Assembly: GCA_046761005.1 (NCBI GenBank)
Contig: JBHIFI010000003.1
Location: forward strand, 1 to 59,211
Direction of reading: 5' to 3'
From: Thermoplasmata archaeon
GTDB lineage: Archaea > Thermoplasmatota > Thermoplasmata > RBG-16-68-12 > JAGMCJ01
DNA length: 59,211 nucleotides
Shown: positions 20,861 to 30,537 of the stretch, piece by piece
How the letters are laid out: each line of letters starts with the position of its first letter
How positions within the stretch are numbered: the stretch's first letter is position 1
Position numbers and translations under genes: made by a program
Notes under the pieces: model-generated
Told to the model about the DNA's origin: nothing
Seen by the model: the letters and a program-made list of their open reading frames with translations, nothing else
Database searches by the model: none

Positions 20861-22342
20861 TCATGTCTCCTTTGCCCGCCAGAGAGACAATACATCTTCA
20901 ATCAGTCGATCCTCGACGGCGAGTATGTCAATTCCCTTATCCACGCAGTACTCCGAGAGGTCCTTAAGCCACTCATGCGTTGATGTTCCTATCGCCAAGA
21001 CCAGACCTCGTTTGTGAACCTCTTCTATGATCCCAGCAATAGCTGAAAGAGCCAAATCGAACCCCTTGTCCTGAGGAGATTCCTCCATCCTACTCATGAT
21101 ATCTTCGAGGGGGATGAAGAGCCCATCAAAGGCCTCTGCCATCTCTCGGAGGAGAAGCAAGGTCGTTGGAGAACCTACCATCAGCCAAAATGGAAGCTCT
21201 TCAGATCTCTTGAGACCCCTATCCGTCGCGGGCTTCGTGATACCCTGAAACTCTGATGTGGTTGCAGCAAACATAGGCCAGATATTCCTTCCGCCCTCTT
21301 CCCGAGCGCGCGCTAATGACTCCATCCCTTTCTCGCCCGCGAGGATTATGAATGGTCTCGGCCTCAACCGCTCAGAGACCGTCAGGAGCTCGTCCGGAGA
21401 AGGTTGAGCATCTTCGAGTGGAAGAAGGAATAGTCCTTGGATCTCCGCTCTATCGATGTCTTCTGGAGAGGACGTGGAGAGAAGGAAGATACTCGTCTCT
21501 CTGGGAGGGATTTCCCTCTCCACTGACACGACTTCCTCCTTTGGCTTCGGTTTCTCCTCAGCGGGGCCGACATTCCACACGATGAAAACGCGATTCTTCA
21601 GGTACCAGAAGAAGGTGCCCATACCTATCTTCGAAGTCAATCTATCGCCAAGCGCGGAAAGCTTCTTTATGAGTTCGCCTGGAATCTTCAGTTCTCTCCT
21701 CGCTTCTTCCTCTACCTCGACCTCCTCTATTCCCGCCTCTCCAGCAATCCACTTCTTCTCCTGGGAGAGAATTCTTCTGTCGATTACGGATCCATCCATA
21801 TCAATCGTTATCCTGTCTGATGAGCTGAGATCGACGGGAAGTCCGAATAATGCTCTGATGTCATACTGCCCTTCATTCGCTCCTCTCTCGATCGAGCCAG
21901 ACCCAGAGTGGGGAGGAATCTCTTGAACTAGAAAAGCGAGCCGAAAGGCTTCCACCTCTTTCCCCTTCCTGAAGTCCTCCTCTTCCTCAGAGAGGAACTC
22001 CATCATCGTCTTCCTTATCTCTGTCACGATTGACGTCTTATCAGATAGGTATGATCCAGATATCTCTGAGGGATAGGAAGGGCTTGGGAGAATATGCACG
22101 ACGTCAGAACCGAGACGATCGAAGGCCTTCGCGATATCTAGCTCAACGGACCACGGAAGAAGCCTTTGGGAAAGCTCTCCCTTCTGAGACCGAAACTCCT
22201 CGAAGACGGACGAAGACAGAATGAACCCATTGGGAACGGTTGCAATCTTCCCTACTTTTGCGAGGGTGGATATCGTGATTCCAGACCGCTCCAACTCCTC
22301 CTCTGACAGATCATCAAAAAAGACGACCTTTCGAGACAGCAT
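20861..22342 (-). CDS. PEP synthase/PPDK-like protein lacking the phosphohistidine swivel domain
   Basis: N-terminal VPNGFILSSSVFEEF resembles the PPDK_N nucleotide-binding domain. C-terminal FDGLFIPLEDI and GIDILAVE resemble the PEP-utilising TIM barrel. No TSH-type phosphohistidine segment is present. The start is uncertain (22342 to 22393). Confidence 0.7.
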   Translation of the reverse strand: MLSRKVVFFDDLSEEELERSGITISTLAKVGKIATVPNGFILSSSVFEEFRSQKGELSQRLLPWSVELDIAKAFDRLGSDVVHILPSPSYPSEISGSYLSDKTSIVTEIRKTMMEFLSEEEEDFRKGKEVEAFRLAFLVQEIPPHSGSGSIERGANEGQYDIRALFGLPVDLSSSDRITIDMDGSVIDRRILSQEKKWIAGEAGIEEVEVEEEARRELKIPGELIKKLSALGDRLTSKIGMGTFFWYLKNRVFIVWNVGPAEEKPKPKEEVVSVEREIPPRETSIFLLSTSSPEDIDRAEIQGLFLLPLEDAQPSPDELLTVSERLRPRPFIILAGEKGMESLARAREEGGRNIWPMFAATTSEFQGITKPATDRGLKRSEELPFWLMVGSPTTLLLLREMAEAFDGLFIPLEDIMSRMEESPQDKGFDLALSAIAGIIEEVHKRGLVLAIGTSTHEWLKDLSEYCVDKGIDILAVEDRLIEDVLSLWRAKET

Positions 22343-22383
22343 AGGTTGAGGTAGGTGTTTTTCTGTAAAAAAGCTTGCTGGAA

Positions 22384-22899
22384 TCAGACCCAACTCTTCC
22401 CATTTTCCGTGATTCGAATTCTCACGGGCGTAGGAAGCTTTGCACCGGCCTTTCTGAGGGCTTCTTTCGCGGCCGCGACATGTGCGCGCTTAATCCTGAG
22501 TGTTATCAAAGGCTGCCCTCTCTTGATTCTGGCGGCTGTCCCGATAGCCTTTCCGAAGGCGTGCCTCATCCCCTCCGATATCCTATCGGCACCGGCACCT
22601 GTGGCGATCTTGTTCTCCCTGAGGACATTGTGCGGGTAGATTCTGATTTTGAGGTGATAGTCCCTTCCCGCGTGCTTCTGGATGTACCGATTCGCGGTTA
22701 CGCGGGCGGCTTCGAGCGCAGTGTGTCTTATCTGGCAGGTCTCCTTGGCTATGAGCGTCACCGATACCGGATAGTCCTTGTCCTTGCTGCCCACGTCGAA
22801 CTGGACAATCCTAATGGCTGGAACTCCGCCTATGTATTCCCTGCGGGTATATGATTGACCACGTATGTCCCTGTACATCCTTGCTGGCTTTCTGGCCAT
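22384..22899 (-). CDS. rpl10e: 50S ribosomal protein uL16 (L10e)
   Basis: [28 protein letters not shown]-terminus is diagnostic; 171 aa. Confidence 0.95.
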   Translation of the reverse strand: MARKPARMYRDIRGQSYTRREYIGGVPAIRIVQFDVGSKDKDYPVSVTLIAKETCQIRHTALEAARVTANRYIQKHAGRDYHLKIRIYPHNVLRENKIATGAGADRISEGMRHAFGKAIGTAARIKRGQPLITLRIKRAHVAAAKEALRKAGAKLPTPVRIRITENGKSWV

Positions 22900-23101
22900 T
22901 ACTCCGTCAATACGTTCGAAAGATATTTAATGCCTTCGAGTCTCCGAGGGAAGTGTGTTATTCTCCCCCTGGCGCTCCTCTTATCCTGGTGGTGTTCTCG
23001 GGGCTTTGGTATTATGCGGAATCCATGGCGGTTGATATCTACTTCACTGGAGATGGGCTAGATAGGTAACCAAGTGCTCTAATCGGCTAGAGAACCTCTT
23101 C

Positions 23102-23497
23102 CTACCAAGTCTCGACCGACAGACCTTTGAGGCGCTCGAAATGCCTCACGTTGCGAGTGATGAGAATCTCCCCTGCCTCACTGGTCATCATGGCAATCAT
23201 CACATCGAAATCGCTCATCGGAGTGCCCGCCCGCTCCATTTCCGGTGAAATCTGACCTATTGCTGGCGCCAGATCCGTGGTGAGGCTGATATGGCCCATG
23301 TTCCTGAGTAGCCCCTCGATCCTCTTCTGTTCCTTCGACGGCTCCTCCGACAAGAACGCCCCTTTATAGAGTTCGCATGCGTTAATCACCGTGGTCTTGA
23401 CAGCGTCCCCTTTCTCCGCCAACTCCTGGAGCTTTTCCAATGCGTCTGGATCCTTACGAATCAGACCGATGAGTATATCGGTATCCAGAACACTCAT
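23102..23497 (-). CDS. vapC: PIN-domain toxin (VapC)
   Basis: VLDTDILI N-terminus, acidic residue spacing and ILITRNVRHF C-terminal motif. 4-nt overlap with the antitoxin gene. Confidence 0.85.
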   Translation of the reverse strand: MSVLDTDILIGLIRKDPDALEKLQELAEKGDAVKTTVINACELYKGAFLSEEPSKEQKRIEGLLRNMGHISLTTDLAPAIGQISPEMERAGTPMSDFDVMIAMMTSEAGEILITRNVRHFERLKGLSVETW

Positions 23498-23727
23498 TCA
23501 AGTACGACCTCTCTAAGATGCACCCTGCTCCGTTCCGAGTAAACGCGTTCGATGGACTCCGCGAGATCCGGGGCCGGTTCCTGGCTTTCGAAATACTCTA
23601 GGAGTTTCTGAGCGGTGTGACGATGTGCAACACGGAGAATTACGCGGGAGAAGGATTCCCCGTTGTGTTTCAAGCGTGCGAGTGCTTCGTAGGCCTCTTC
23701 TGATATGGTGATGGTCTTGTGAGCCAT
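23494..23727 (-). CDS. Putative antitoxin (VapB-like, 77 aa)
   Basis: KTITISEEAYEALARLK N-terminus is typical of archaeal antitoxins. Lies upstream of and overlapping vapC. Confidence 0.7.
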   Translation of the reverse strand: MAHKTITISEEAYEALARLKHNGESFSRVILRVAHRHTAQKLLEYFESQEPAPDLAESIERVYSERSRVHLREVVLE

Positions 23728-23747
23728 GTTTGTCTTATGGCTTTGTT

Positions 23748-23787
23748 TGTATTTGACTGTATTTAACTGTGTTTAACTGTATTCAAC
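23748..23787. repeat. Four tandem 10-bp repeats TGTATTTGAC/TGTATTTAAC/TGTGTTTAAC/TGTATTCAAC
   Basis: Read directly from the sequence. They lie 21-60 nt upstream of the antitoxin start codon. On the minus strand each unit reads GTTAAATACA-like, so each contains a TATA-like core. Confidence 0.85.
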
Positions 23788-24172
23788 CTCTACCCCAAAT
23801 CGACGATCTTTGCGCCGGACGATTGGGATCGATATCGTGAAACATATAGTGGCTGTTCGAGAAAGGAGGCACCTTTTCCTTTACGAGGAGTGCATTCGAA
23901 CTCCTCACTCGATGCCCAAAGATTCTTGATTTCAGAGAAGACTCAGTGAAGAATATCCGGGACTACAGAAGGTCCCAGATTCCGTGGAGCATCTCCTTTC
24001 CGGATTCGTGAGATGGTGCAACTGTGAGAGCTGTGAGAGATATCATATGGCAATCAATGGCATTCCCGCTGAGAGATGCTCTGCCAAGGTGAAAAATGTC
24101 GGTTGACAACGCAACTCCAAAGGGTTATTTATGGATGAGACATTTTCTTCGAAAGCAGGAGACCGATGGCGA

Positions 24173-24946
24173 ATGATGATAGTCAAGCTCGGCGGGAGCC
24201 TAATCACGGACAAATCACGACTGAGAACATTCAGAGGCGATAGGATGAAGGTTCTCGCCCAGGAGATACGGATGGCGGGTGCGGAGATGGTCCTCGTCCA
24301 TGGTGCCGGATCATTCGGACACATACTCGCGAAGGAGCACAAGCTGAAGGACGGATACCTCAATGAGAAGCAGATCGCGGGGATCTCTCAGGTGCAGAGG
24401 GACGTGAAGTCGTTGAATCTCATGGTCATCGATGCCCTCATCAAGGAGGGCCTGAAGCCTGTTTCTCTACCGCCAAGCTCAATTGTACGTTTGAGTGATG
24501 ATGCACTTGAGACCATAGATATCCAACCTTTCCGCAAGTATATTGATTTGGGCTTGATGCCAGTCACTTTCGGTGATGTGGTCCTTGATATGAAAAAGAG
24601 GTTCGCGATATGTTCAGGCGACGACCTGATGCTGTGGCTGTCTAGGGAATTCAAGCCTGAGAGGGCCGCATTCGCAACCGATACTGAGGGCGTATACCAG
24701 AACTACCCTCCCTCTGAAGGTGAGAACATTATGGGGAAGCTGGACTGGGACACTTTCAAGGCGATTGAGGAGAGCAGAACCGGCCGCGCTGACGTGACAG
24801 GAGGAATCATCAGGAAACTCGCACTGATGTTTGATATTGCGGACCTGGGTGTTGAGACTTGGGTTATCAACGGTGGTGTTGATGGAAGGCTTATGAAGTT
24901 TCTTATGGGACACAGCGTCCCTGGAACACAAATAATGAGGAGATAA
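24173..24946 (+). CDS. ipk: Isopentenyl phosphate kinase
   Basis: MMIVKLGGSLITDK and VLVHGAGSFGH (amino-acid kinase fold). TATA-like TTATTTAT at 24125-24132 overlaps the ORF-track start at 24131, favouring the ATG at 24173. Confidence 0.85.
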   Translation: MMIVKLGGSLITDKSRLRTFRGDRMKVLAQEIRMAGAEMVLVHGAGSFGHILAKEHKLKDGYLNEKQIAGISQVQRDVKSLNLMVIDALIKEGLKPVSLPPSSIVRLSDDALETIDIQPFRKYIDLGLMPVTFGDVVLDMKKRFAICSGDDLMLWLSREFKPERAAFATDTEGVYQNYPPSEGENIMGKLDWDTFKAIEESRTGRADVTGGIIRKLALMFDIADLGVETWVINGGVDGRLMKFLMGHSVPGTQIMRR

Positions 24947-24947
24947 C

Positions 24948-26009
24948 ATGACTCAAGAGAGGAAGAGGGAACACATAGAGATAGTTTCGGATGAGGATGT
25001 AGGCGCAAGCTACCGATACTGGGATGACATCGTTCTGATTCACAAAGCTCTGCCCGAGATTGATGCCGACGAAATTGACATGAGTGTCCAAATCTTTGGA
25101 AAAAAGCTGTCTGCACCACTGATAATTTCGGCCATGACAGGCGGCTTCGAGGAAGCTAGGCGGATAAATGAGAATCTCGCGAAAGCGGCCTCTTCTCTCG
25201 GCGTCGGCATGGGAGTGGGAAGCCAGAGGCAGGCGCTTCGGGATCCATCTCTAGAGAAAAGCTATTCGGTCGTGAAAGACCACAACGTCCCGCTTGTGAT
25301 TGGTAACATAGGCGCACCTCAGCTCATACCTCAGCCCAATGAGGAACCCTTGGTACTAGAGGATGCGGAGAAGGCGATGGCCATGATTGACGCGGATGTA
25401 TTGGCGATTCATTTGAACTTCCTCCAGGAGATCGTTCAGCCCGAGGGCGATCTAAAGGCGAGGGGCTGTCTAGAAGCCGTTTCAGAAATCGCGAGGAATC
25501 TCCCAGTCATCGGAAAAGAGACGGGCGCGGGAATATCTCGCGACGTCGCCCTAGCTTTGAAGAAGGCAGATGTTGTTGGCATCGATGTGGGTGGACTTGG
25601 CGGAACGAGCTTCTCTGCAGTCGAGTTCTACAGGGCCAAAAGAATCAATGACAGGAGGAAGCAGGAGATCGGAAAGCTCTACTGGGACTGGGGTATTCCG
25701 ACACCCGTGTCCGTTATTTGGGCGAACGTGGGGCTGCCAATCATCGCTACAGGAGGTGTTCAGAGCGGACTCGATGTCGCGAGGTTGATAGTTTTGGGAG
25801 CCTCCTGCGGGGGAATGGCTTCTCGTCTCCTCCCTGCAGCTAAAGAATCCCACCGGGCTGTTGAGGCTGAGCTCAAGGCGATTCTCAATGAATTACGAGC
25901 GGCTATGTTCCTGACAGGTTCGAAATCGGTGGAGGACCTAGCGGCCAATGAGTATGTGATCAGAGGACCAACGGCTCACTGGCTCAAGGAGATGGAGGTT
26001 GTGTATTGA
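24948..26009 (+). CDS. fni: Isopentenyl-diphosphate delta-isomerase, type 2 (FMN-dependent)
   Basis: RKREHIE N-terminus, ISAMTGG, ETGAGIS, GGLGGTSF, ATGGV motifs. Confidence 0.9.
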   Translation: MTQERKREHIEIVSDEDVGASYRYWDDIVLIHKALPEIDADEIDMSVQIFGKKLSAPLIISAMTGGFEEARRINENLAKAASSLGVGMGVGSQRQALRDPSLEKSYSVVKDHNVPLVIGNIGAPQLIPQPNEEPLVLEDAEKAMAMIDADVLAIHLNFLQEIVQPEGDLKARGCLEAVSEIARNLPVIGKETGAGISRDVALALKKADVVGIDVGGLGGTSFSAVEFYRAKRINDRRKQEIGKLYWDWGIPTPVSVIWANVGLPIIATGGVQSGLDVARLIVLGASCGGMASRLLPAAKESHRAVEAELKAILNELRAAMFLTGSKSVEDLAANEYVIRGPTAHWLKEMEVVY

Positions 26010-27046
26010 ACCTCTCTCAGGGAAGGATTCTTGATGACTTCCAAGCCTATTTGAGTGAGATGGTACCGCTCTTCGAGAGGGAACTTGCAAAGTTCATTGA
26101 GGCCGAAAGAGAGGTCCCAAACCTCCATGACGCATTGCGGTATGCGCTCGGCCTAGACGTGGAGGACAACAAGTACCGCGGAAAGAGGATAAGACCCGTC
26201 CTTGCTCTCTTGGCTTGTGAGAGTTTGGGTGGTACCGTGGAGCAGGCCATGCCATTTGCAGTTGCTGCCGAACTTCTCCATAACTTTCTCCTCACTCATG
26301 ATGATATCGAGGATGGCGATGAGATGAGGCACGACAGAGCCTCGGTGTGGAAGAAATACGGCTTCGCTCACGGAATCAATGTCGGAGACTATCTTTTCGC
26401 GAAGATGTATGAGTCGACGCTTGGAACTCTAAAGCTGGGTGTTGAGAAGGACCGTGTTCTTCGTCTCGTCGAACTACTGACTGGTACCGTAAACCGTACG
26501 GGGGAAGGCCAGGCAATGGATATTTCTGCCCGCCAGAGAAGAGACCTGACTGTCGACGATTATTTGGAAACGGTCATTGAGAAGACCGGATACTATCTGG
26601 CATGTCCCGTTCAGGGGGGTGCAGTCATAGGGGGAGCTTCGGAGGATGTTCTCCACACGCTAGAAAAATACGGCAAATACATCGGTCCAGTGTTTCAGAT
26701 CAGGGACGACATCATAGATATGACTATGGGAAAAGGCAGAGGTGAGAAGGGGTCTGATATAAGAGAGGGAAAGAGGAGCCTACTCGTCGTGATAGCGTCT
26801 GACCTCTGCACAGATGAGGAAAGGGAGGACCTCTTCACTATCCTCGATAAACCACGTTCCAGTACAGCTGAGACAGACGTGCAAAGGGTCTTTGAGATCT
26901 TCAGGAAATATCGTGCACCGGAGAAGGCGGAGGAGATAGCGCAAGATTTCTTGAGCAAGTGCAAGAAAGCGCTTGAGGAACTTCCGTCACCGCTGGGGGA
27001 GAATCTTCGGGTAGCCTCCGATTTCATGCTCTCAAGGAAGAAATGA
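26006..27046 (+). CDS. Polyprenyl (geranylgeranyl) diphosphate synthase
   Basis: First Asp-rich motif LTHDDIEDGDEMRHDR, second FQIRDDIID. TTG start in a TTGA overlap with the fni stop. Confidence 0.85.
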   Translation: MNLSQGRILDDFQAYLSEMVPLFERELAKFIEAEREVPNLHDALRYALGLDVEDNKYRGKRIRPVLALLACESLGGTVEQAMPFAVAAELLHNFLLTHDDIEDGDEMRHDRASVWKKYGFAHGINVGDYLFAKMYESTLGTLKLGVEKDRVLRLVELLTGTVNRTGEGQAMDISARQRRDLTVDDYLETVIEKTGYYLACPVQGGAVIGGASEDVLHTLEKYGKYIGPVFQIRDDIIDMTMGKGRGEKGSDIREGKRSLLVVIASDLCTDEEREDLFTILDKPRSSTAETDVQRVFEIFRKYRAPEKAEEIAQDFLSKCKKALEELPSPLGENLRVASDFMLSRKK

Positions 27047-27140
27047 CTGTCTTCCATATTATTATCAAGTCTGATAACGACGCGGAAATGAAGATATAAG
27101 TCAGTTGCCACAGCCTACCATCCAGGAGTGGTAGGTTCAT

Positions 27141-27953
27141 ATGCCTGAGTTGGTAACTTGCCTGCTGCTGCAAGAGAATGGCAATCTTCCCGAGGAGGTT
27201 ATTGAGATAATGAAGGATGATGAATGGGCGCCTCTTAGGGGGAAGTCCGCTTTCATTCTCAAGTGGCCGGAATCTATAGGAAGTAATCCAGTTGCCCTGG
27301 AAGATGTCACAGAGAAGCTTAGAACAATGAGGCTGACCTTGGAAAAGATGGGTATAAGACACAGCTTTTCAACGATCGGGGTAGGAAATCGGGACAAGGT
27401 CAAGATGAAGGTCTGTCTCGTTGGCGATAAGGGAGTCGGCAAGAGCAGTTTGATCAGGAGATACGTACTCGATCAATTTGAGGACACCTATCTGAGGACG
27501 ATGGGCTCGAAGGTCTCGAAAAAGACATTCACATTGGAGCATCCGAGGGATGGAAGGAGGATTCAGGCAGATATGACTATTTGGGACATAATGGGGAACA
27601 AGGGACTTGCGGACCTTCTGATGGGCTCCTATCTTCACGGAGCACAAGGCATTATCGCAGTCTGCGATGTGACAAGGAAGTCAACCCTCCATGGACTGGG
27701 AGACTGGATTGGTGAGTGTCTCAAGATCGCGGGGAATATTCCCGTTCATATCCTCGTGAACAAGGCGGATATGCACGATAACTTTGACTTCAATAGAAAG
27801 GACGTCGAGGAGGCCACCAGCCCAGTGAATGCCGGCATTATGTTCACGAGCGCGAGGACGGGCGATAACGTCGAGGAGGCTTTCCACGGTTTAGCGCTGA
27901 GCATTCTTTCCACTCAGCTAGAAAGGGACCTGCAGGAAAAGCTCGTTCCGTAG
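27141..27953 (+). CDS. Ras/Rab-like small GTPase with 88-aa N-terminal extension
   Basis: G1 GDKGVGKS, switch I YLRTMG, G3 WDIMGNK, G4 NKAD, G5 TSART. An alternative start at ATG 27405 would give a bare GTPase domain. Confidence 0.8.
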   Translation: MPELVTCLLLQENGNLPEEVIEIMKDDEWAPLRGKSAFILKWPESIGSNPVALEDVTEKLRTMRLTLEKMGIRHSFSTIGVGNRDKVKMKVCLVGDKGVGKSSLIRRYVLDQFEDTYLRTMGSKVSKKTFTLEHPRDGRRIQADMTIWDIMGNKGLADLLMGSYLHGAQGIIAVCDVTRKSTLHGLGDWIGECLKIAGNIPVHILVNKADMHDNFDFNRKDVEEATSPVNAGIMFTSARTGDNVEEAFHGLALSILSTQLERDLQEKLVP

Positions 27954-28046
27954 GTCTCGTATCATGAGTCAAGAATTCTTCTCCATATGTGGGGATAGCA
28001 CCCCTCAACCTTTTCTATCCGGCAATCATAAATGAGTTGACAGAAT

Positions 28047-28709
28047 CTAGCATTCAAGACCTTTGTCAGTGAGGATAAAATCCGCCGTTCGCCTCTCAGG
28101 AAGATGCCTGTGCTTCATCAGGACCGCCCGTCGCTTATGCTGTCCAGACCTCTCCAGACTGATATGCGTCTTCGCATTGTGAGAAAGCAGATGACCACCG
28201 AGGGGCTCATAGCTTCCCGTTTCTAGATCCGTGTAGACTTGGCTCGTAAGAACGACGGGGATATCGCGCGTGCGGGCCGCCTTCAGAAGTTTCGTGACCT
28301 GGTCTGCGAGGTTTTTCCTCTCGCGGAACTCATCCTGAAGCCGCGTCAACCTGTAGTGCGTCGTGACGGAATCCAGAATTATTGCACCGATGTCCTTGTT
28401 CTTCTCTGCCAGATTGACCGCCTTCTCAACGATCTTCTGCTGCTCCCTAAAGGAGTAGGGCTCGGAGAAGAGGATGTTCTTCAGGATCTTCTCATATTCC
28501 TCCCCGCAAATCTGCTTCAACCTCTCAATCGAAACTCCCTCGGTATCGATGAACAGAACCTTGTGTTCCCTTGCGATGTTTCTTGCGAGTTGCAGGACGA
28601 AATTCGTTTTGCCGCTGCCGCCCTCCCCATATACGAGGGTCAAACAACCGCCCTCTATCCCTCCGTCCAGCATCTCGTCGATGGTCTTGCAATCCAGAGG
28701 TGCTTTCAC
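28047..28709 (-). CDS. radB: DNA repair/recombination protein RadB
   Basis: LDGGIEGGCLTLVYGEGGSGKT (Walker A), FIDTEG, ILDSV (Walker B); 220 aa, shorter than RadA. Confidence 0.85.
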   Translation of the reverse strand: MKAPLDCKTIDEMLDGGIEGGCLTLVYGEGGSGKTNFVLQLARNIAREHKVLFIDTEGVSIERLKQICGEEYEKILKNILFSEPYSFREQQKIVEKAVNLAEKNKDIGAIILDSVTTHYRLTRLQDEFRERKNLADQVTKLLKAARTRDIPVVLTSQVYTDLETGSYEPLGGHLLSHNAKTHISLERSGQHKRRAVLMKHRHLPERRTADFILTDKGLEC

Positions 28710-28780
28710 AGATACGAGAAGGAGACGTGCCTATATAACTGAACCGCAAATCTATATGGCGTCCCTCCCTTCTGCTTGGC

Positions 28781-29941
28781 ATGGTGGACAGGAGGCTGCT
28801 CGTGGCTTACGCGGGAGGATTCATAGGTCCTCTTGCGGGCAACACGATTTTCGCTCTGGTAGGGCATCTGAAGGACGCCTTTAATGCCACCGTCGGCATG
28901 GTCTACCTGTCAATTACAGTGTATATGATTCCATTTGTCATTTTCCAGCTTTTCTCAGGAACAATATCTGATTATCTTGGGAGGAAGGTTGTCGCCACCT
29001 CTGGGTTTCTCGTCTATTCCGTTGGATCTGTCCTCTGTGGGTGGGCAACTGACCTCAACGTTTTCCTCGGAGGTAGATTGATTCAAGGTTTGGGATTCGC
29101 CTTCGTCACTCCTGTTCTCCACGCGATTGTCGGTGACTATGCCAGGGAGGATAAGCGGGGAATCTCAATGGGAATCTTTGGTGGTGTGACCGCAGCTTCT
29201 GTCTCAACAGGCCCGGTTCTTGCTGGAGCTCTTAGCTTCATCGACTGGCGACTGACTTTCTATTTGATTGCCGGTCTCGCCTTCGCGGTATTCTTGGCCA
29301 TTCAGATGGCTTTCAGGGGAGCACGGGCAGAGAAAATCCCTAAGCGACGCAGAGAGGAAGTCTCCGTGTTCGAAATAGCCACAGATCGCCGCGTCATTGC
29401 GCTATGCCTCGCAGGCTTCCTGGCATTCTTTTCTTTCATAGGTGTCGTATCCTACACATCCGATACCCTGGAGGAGAGCCCATATCACTATGATGGGCTT
29501 ACAATCGGGCTTGTCCTTTTTTCAGGAGGGGCAGGCGGGGTCTTCATCTCGCCCTTGGCGGGCTATCTCGTCGACAGGATTGGAAGGCTCAGGACGGGGA
29601 TAATTGGCTTCTTCGGAACATCAGTGGGAATGCCAATATTCATCTTCTCCACGGACCTTTGGCACTTCATTCTCGCAATGGTTGTTGTTGGATGTGCAGC
29701 AGCAGCGATATGGGCGTCTCTACTCACCCTTACCGTCGAATTAGTCCCAGAGAGAAAAGGGGCGGTCGCCTCTCTTTTCAATAGCTCTAGATTCTCAGGC
29801 TATGCACTTTCCCCGGTGCTCTTCGCGGGTATCTATTTCTCCATGGGCGTTCGTCCCATATACGTGGCCGGAATTCTCCTAGCTTTCGTTGGAGTAGCAA
29901 TCATGCTGGTAATGAAGAGGCTACTTGCCAGAAGGATCTAG
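28781..29941 (+). CDS. MFS transporter
   Basis: About 12 hydrophobic helices and the MFS signature GTISDYLGRK between TM2 and TM3. Confidence 0.8.
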   Translation: MVDRRLLVAYAGGFIGPLAGNTIFALVGHLKDAFNATVGMVYLSITVYMIPFVIFQLFSGTISDYLGRKVVATSGFLVYSVGSVLCGWATDLNVFLGGRLIQGLGFAFVTPVLHAIVGDYAREDKRGISMGIFGGVTAASVSTGPVLAGALSFIDWRLTFYLIAGLAFAVFLAIQMAFRGARAEKIPKRRREEVSVFEIATDRRVIALCLAGFLAFFSFIGVVSYTSDTLEESPYHYDGLTIGLVLFSGGAGGVFISPLAGYLVDRIGRLRTGIIGFFGTSVGMPIFIFSTDLWHFILAMVVVGCAAAAIWASLLTLTVELVPERKGAVASLFNSSRFSGYALSPVLFAGIYFSMGVRPIYVAGILLAFVGVAIMLVMKRLLARRI

Positions 29942-30537
29942 ATGCCCAGTTGCTCCTTCACCTTTGGGATGTTCTCATTGACCCGCTCACCAATGTCCGC
30001 AAATAAGCTGTTGCCCTCCGCGTCGATTCCAACCGTGAGCGGTCCGAAGTTCTTGACCTTGAGAACCCAAATTGCCTCGGGCATTCCAAGCTCCAGCCAA
30101 TAGACGTCCAGCACTTCCTCGACGCCCTTTGCGATGAGAACCGCCGCCCCACCAGTTATCGTGTAGTAGACGCAGCCGAACTTCTCCATTGCCTCAACCG
30201 TTGGGGCGGACATCCCTCCTTTGCCAATGACGCCCCTTATCCCGAACTTCTCTATGAAATCTGGCTCAAGAGAGTTCATCCTCGAGCTCGTCGTGGGTCC
30301 CGCCGCGACGGTGATCCATCTGTCCCCCTCCTTCTTCATTATCGGACCGCAGTGAAAGATGACCGAATCCTTGAAGTCTACGGGGATTTCCTTCCCCTCC
30401 TTCAGGTAATCGAGCGCATGGATGTGGACTTCGTCCCTTCCTGTATAGATGACGCCGTCGAGGTAGACGATGTCCCCCGCGTCCAGGCTCCTCACATCCT
30501 CCTCGCTCATTGGGACGGTGAACCTCTTCTTGCTCAC
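29938..30537 (-). CDS. Class I fumarate hydratase (or tartrate dehydratase) beta subunit
   Basis: LDAGDIVYLDGVIYTGRD and GPTTSSRM motifs. GTG at 30537 is in a GTGA overlap with the alpha stop and is preceded by GGAGGTGG. The ORF-track start at 30612 is over-extended. Confidence 0.85.
   Translation of the reverse strand: MSKKRFTVPMSEEDVRSLDAGDIVYLDGVIYTGRDEVHIHALDYLKEGKEIPVDFKDSVIFHCGPIMKKEGDRWITVAAGPTTSSRMNSLEPDFIEKFGIRGVIGKGGMSAPTVEAMEKFGCVYYTITGGAAVLIAKGVEEVLDVYWLELGMPEAIWVLKVKNFGPLTVGIDAEGNSLFADIGERVNENIPKVKEQLGI

Noticed and set aside
23748-23787. Considered whether the tandem decamers are a degenerate CRISPR or minisatellite.
   Set aside because: The units are only 10 bp, contiguous and without spacers, and sit exactly in a promoter. 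I keep them as a regulatory repeat.
23984-24106. Approximately 40-codon GTG-initiated ORF containing WCNCESCERYH in the 445-nt spacer between vapB and ipk.
   Set aside because: No SD and no ATG start. It overlaps the direct repeat CTGTGAGAG-CTGTGAGAG and is too short to support. The spacer remains largely unexplained.
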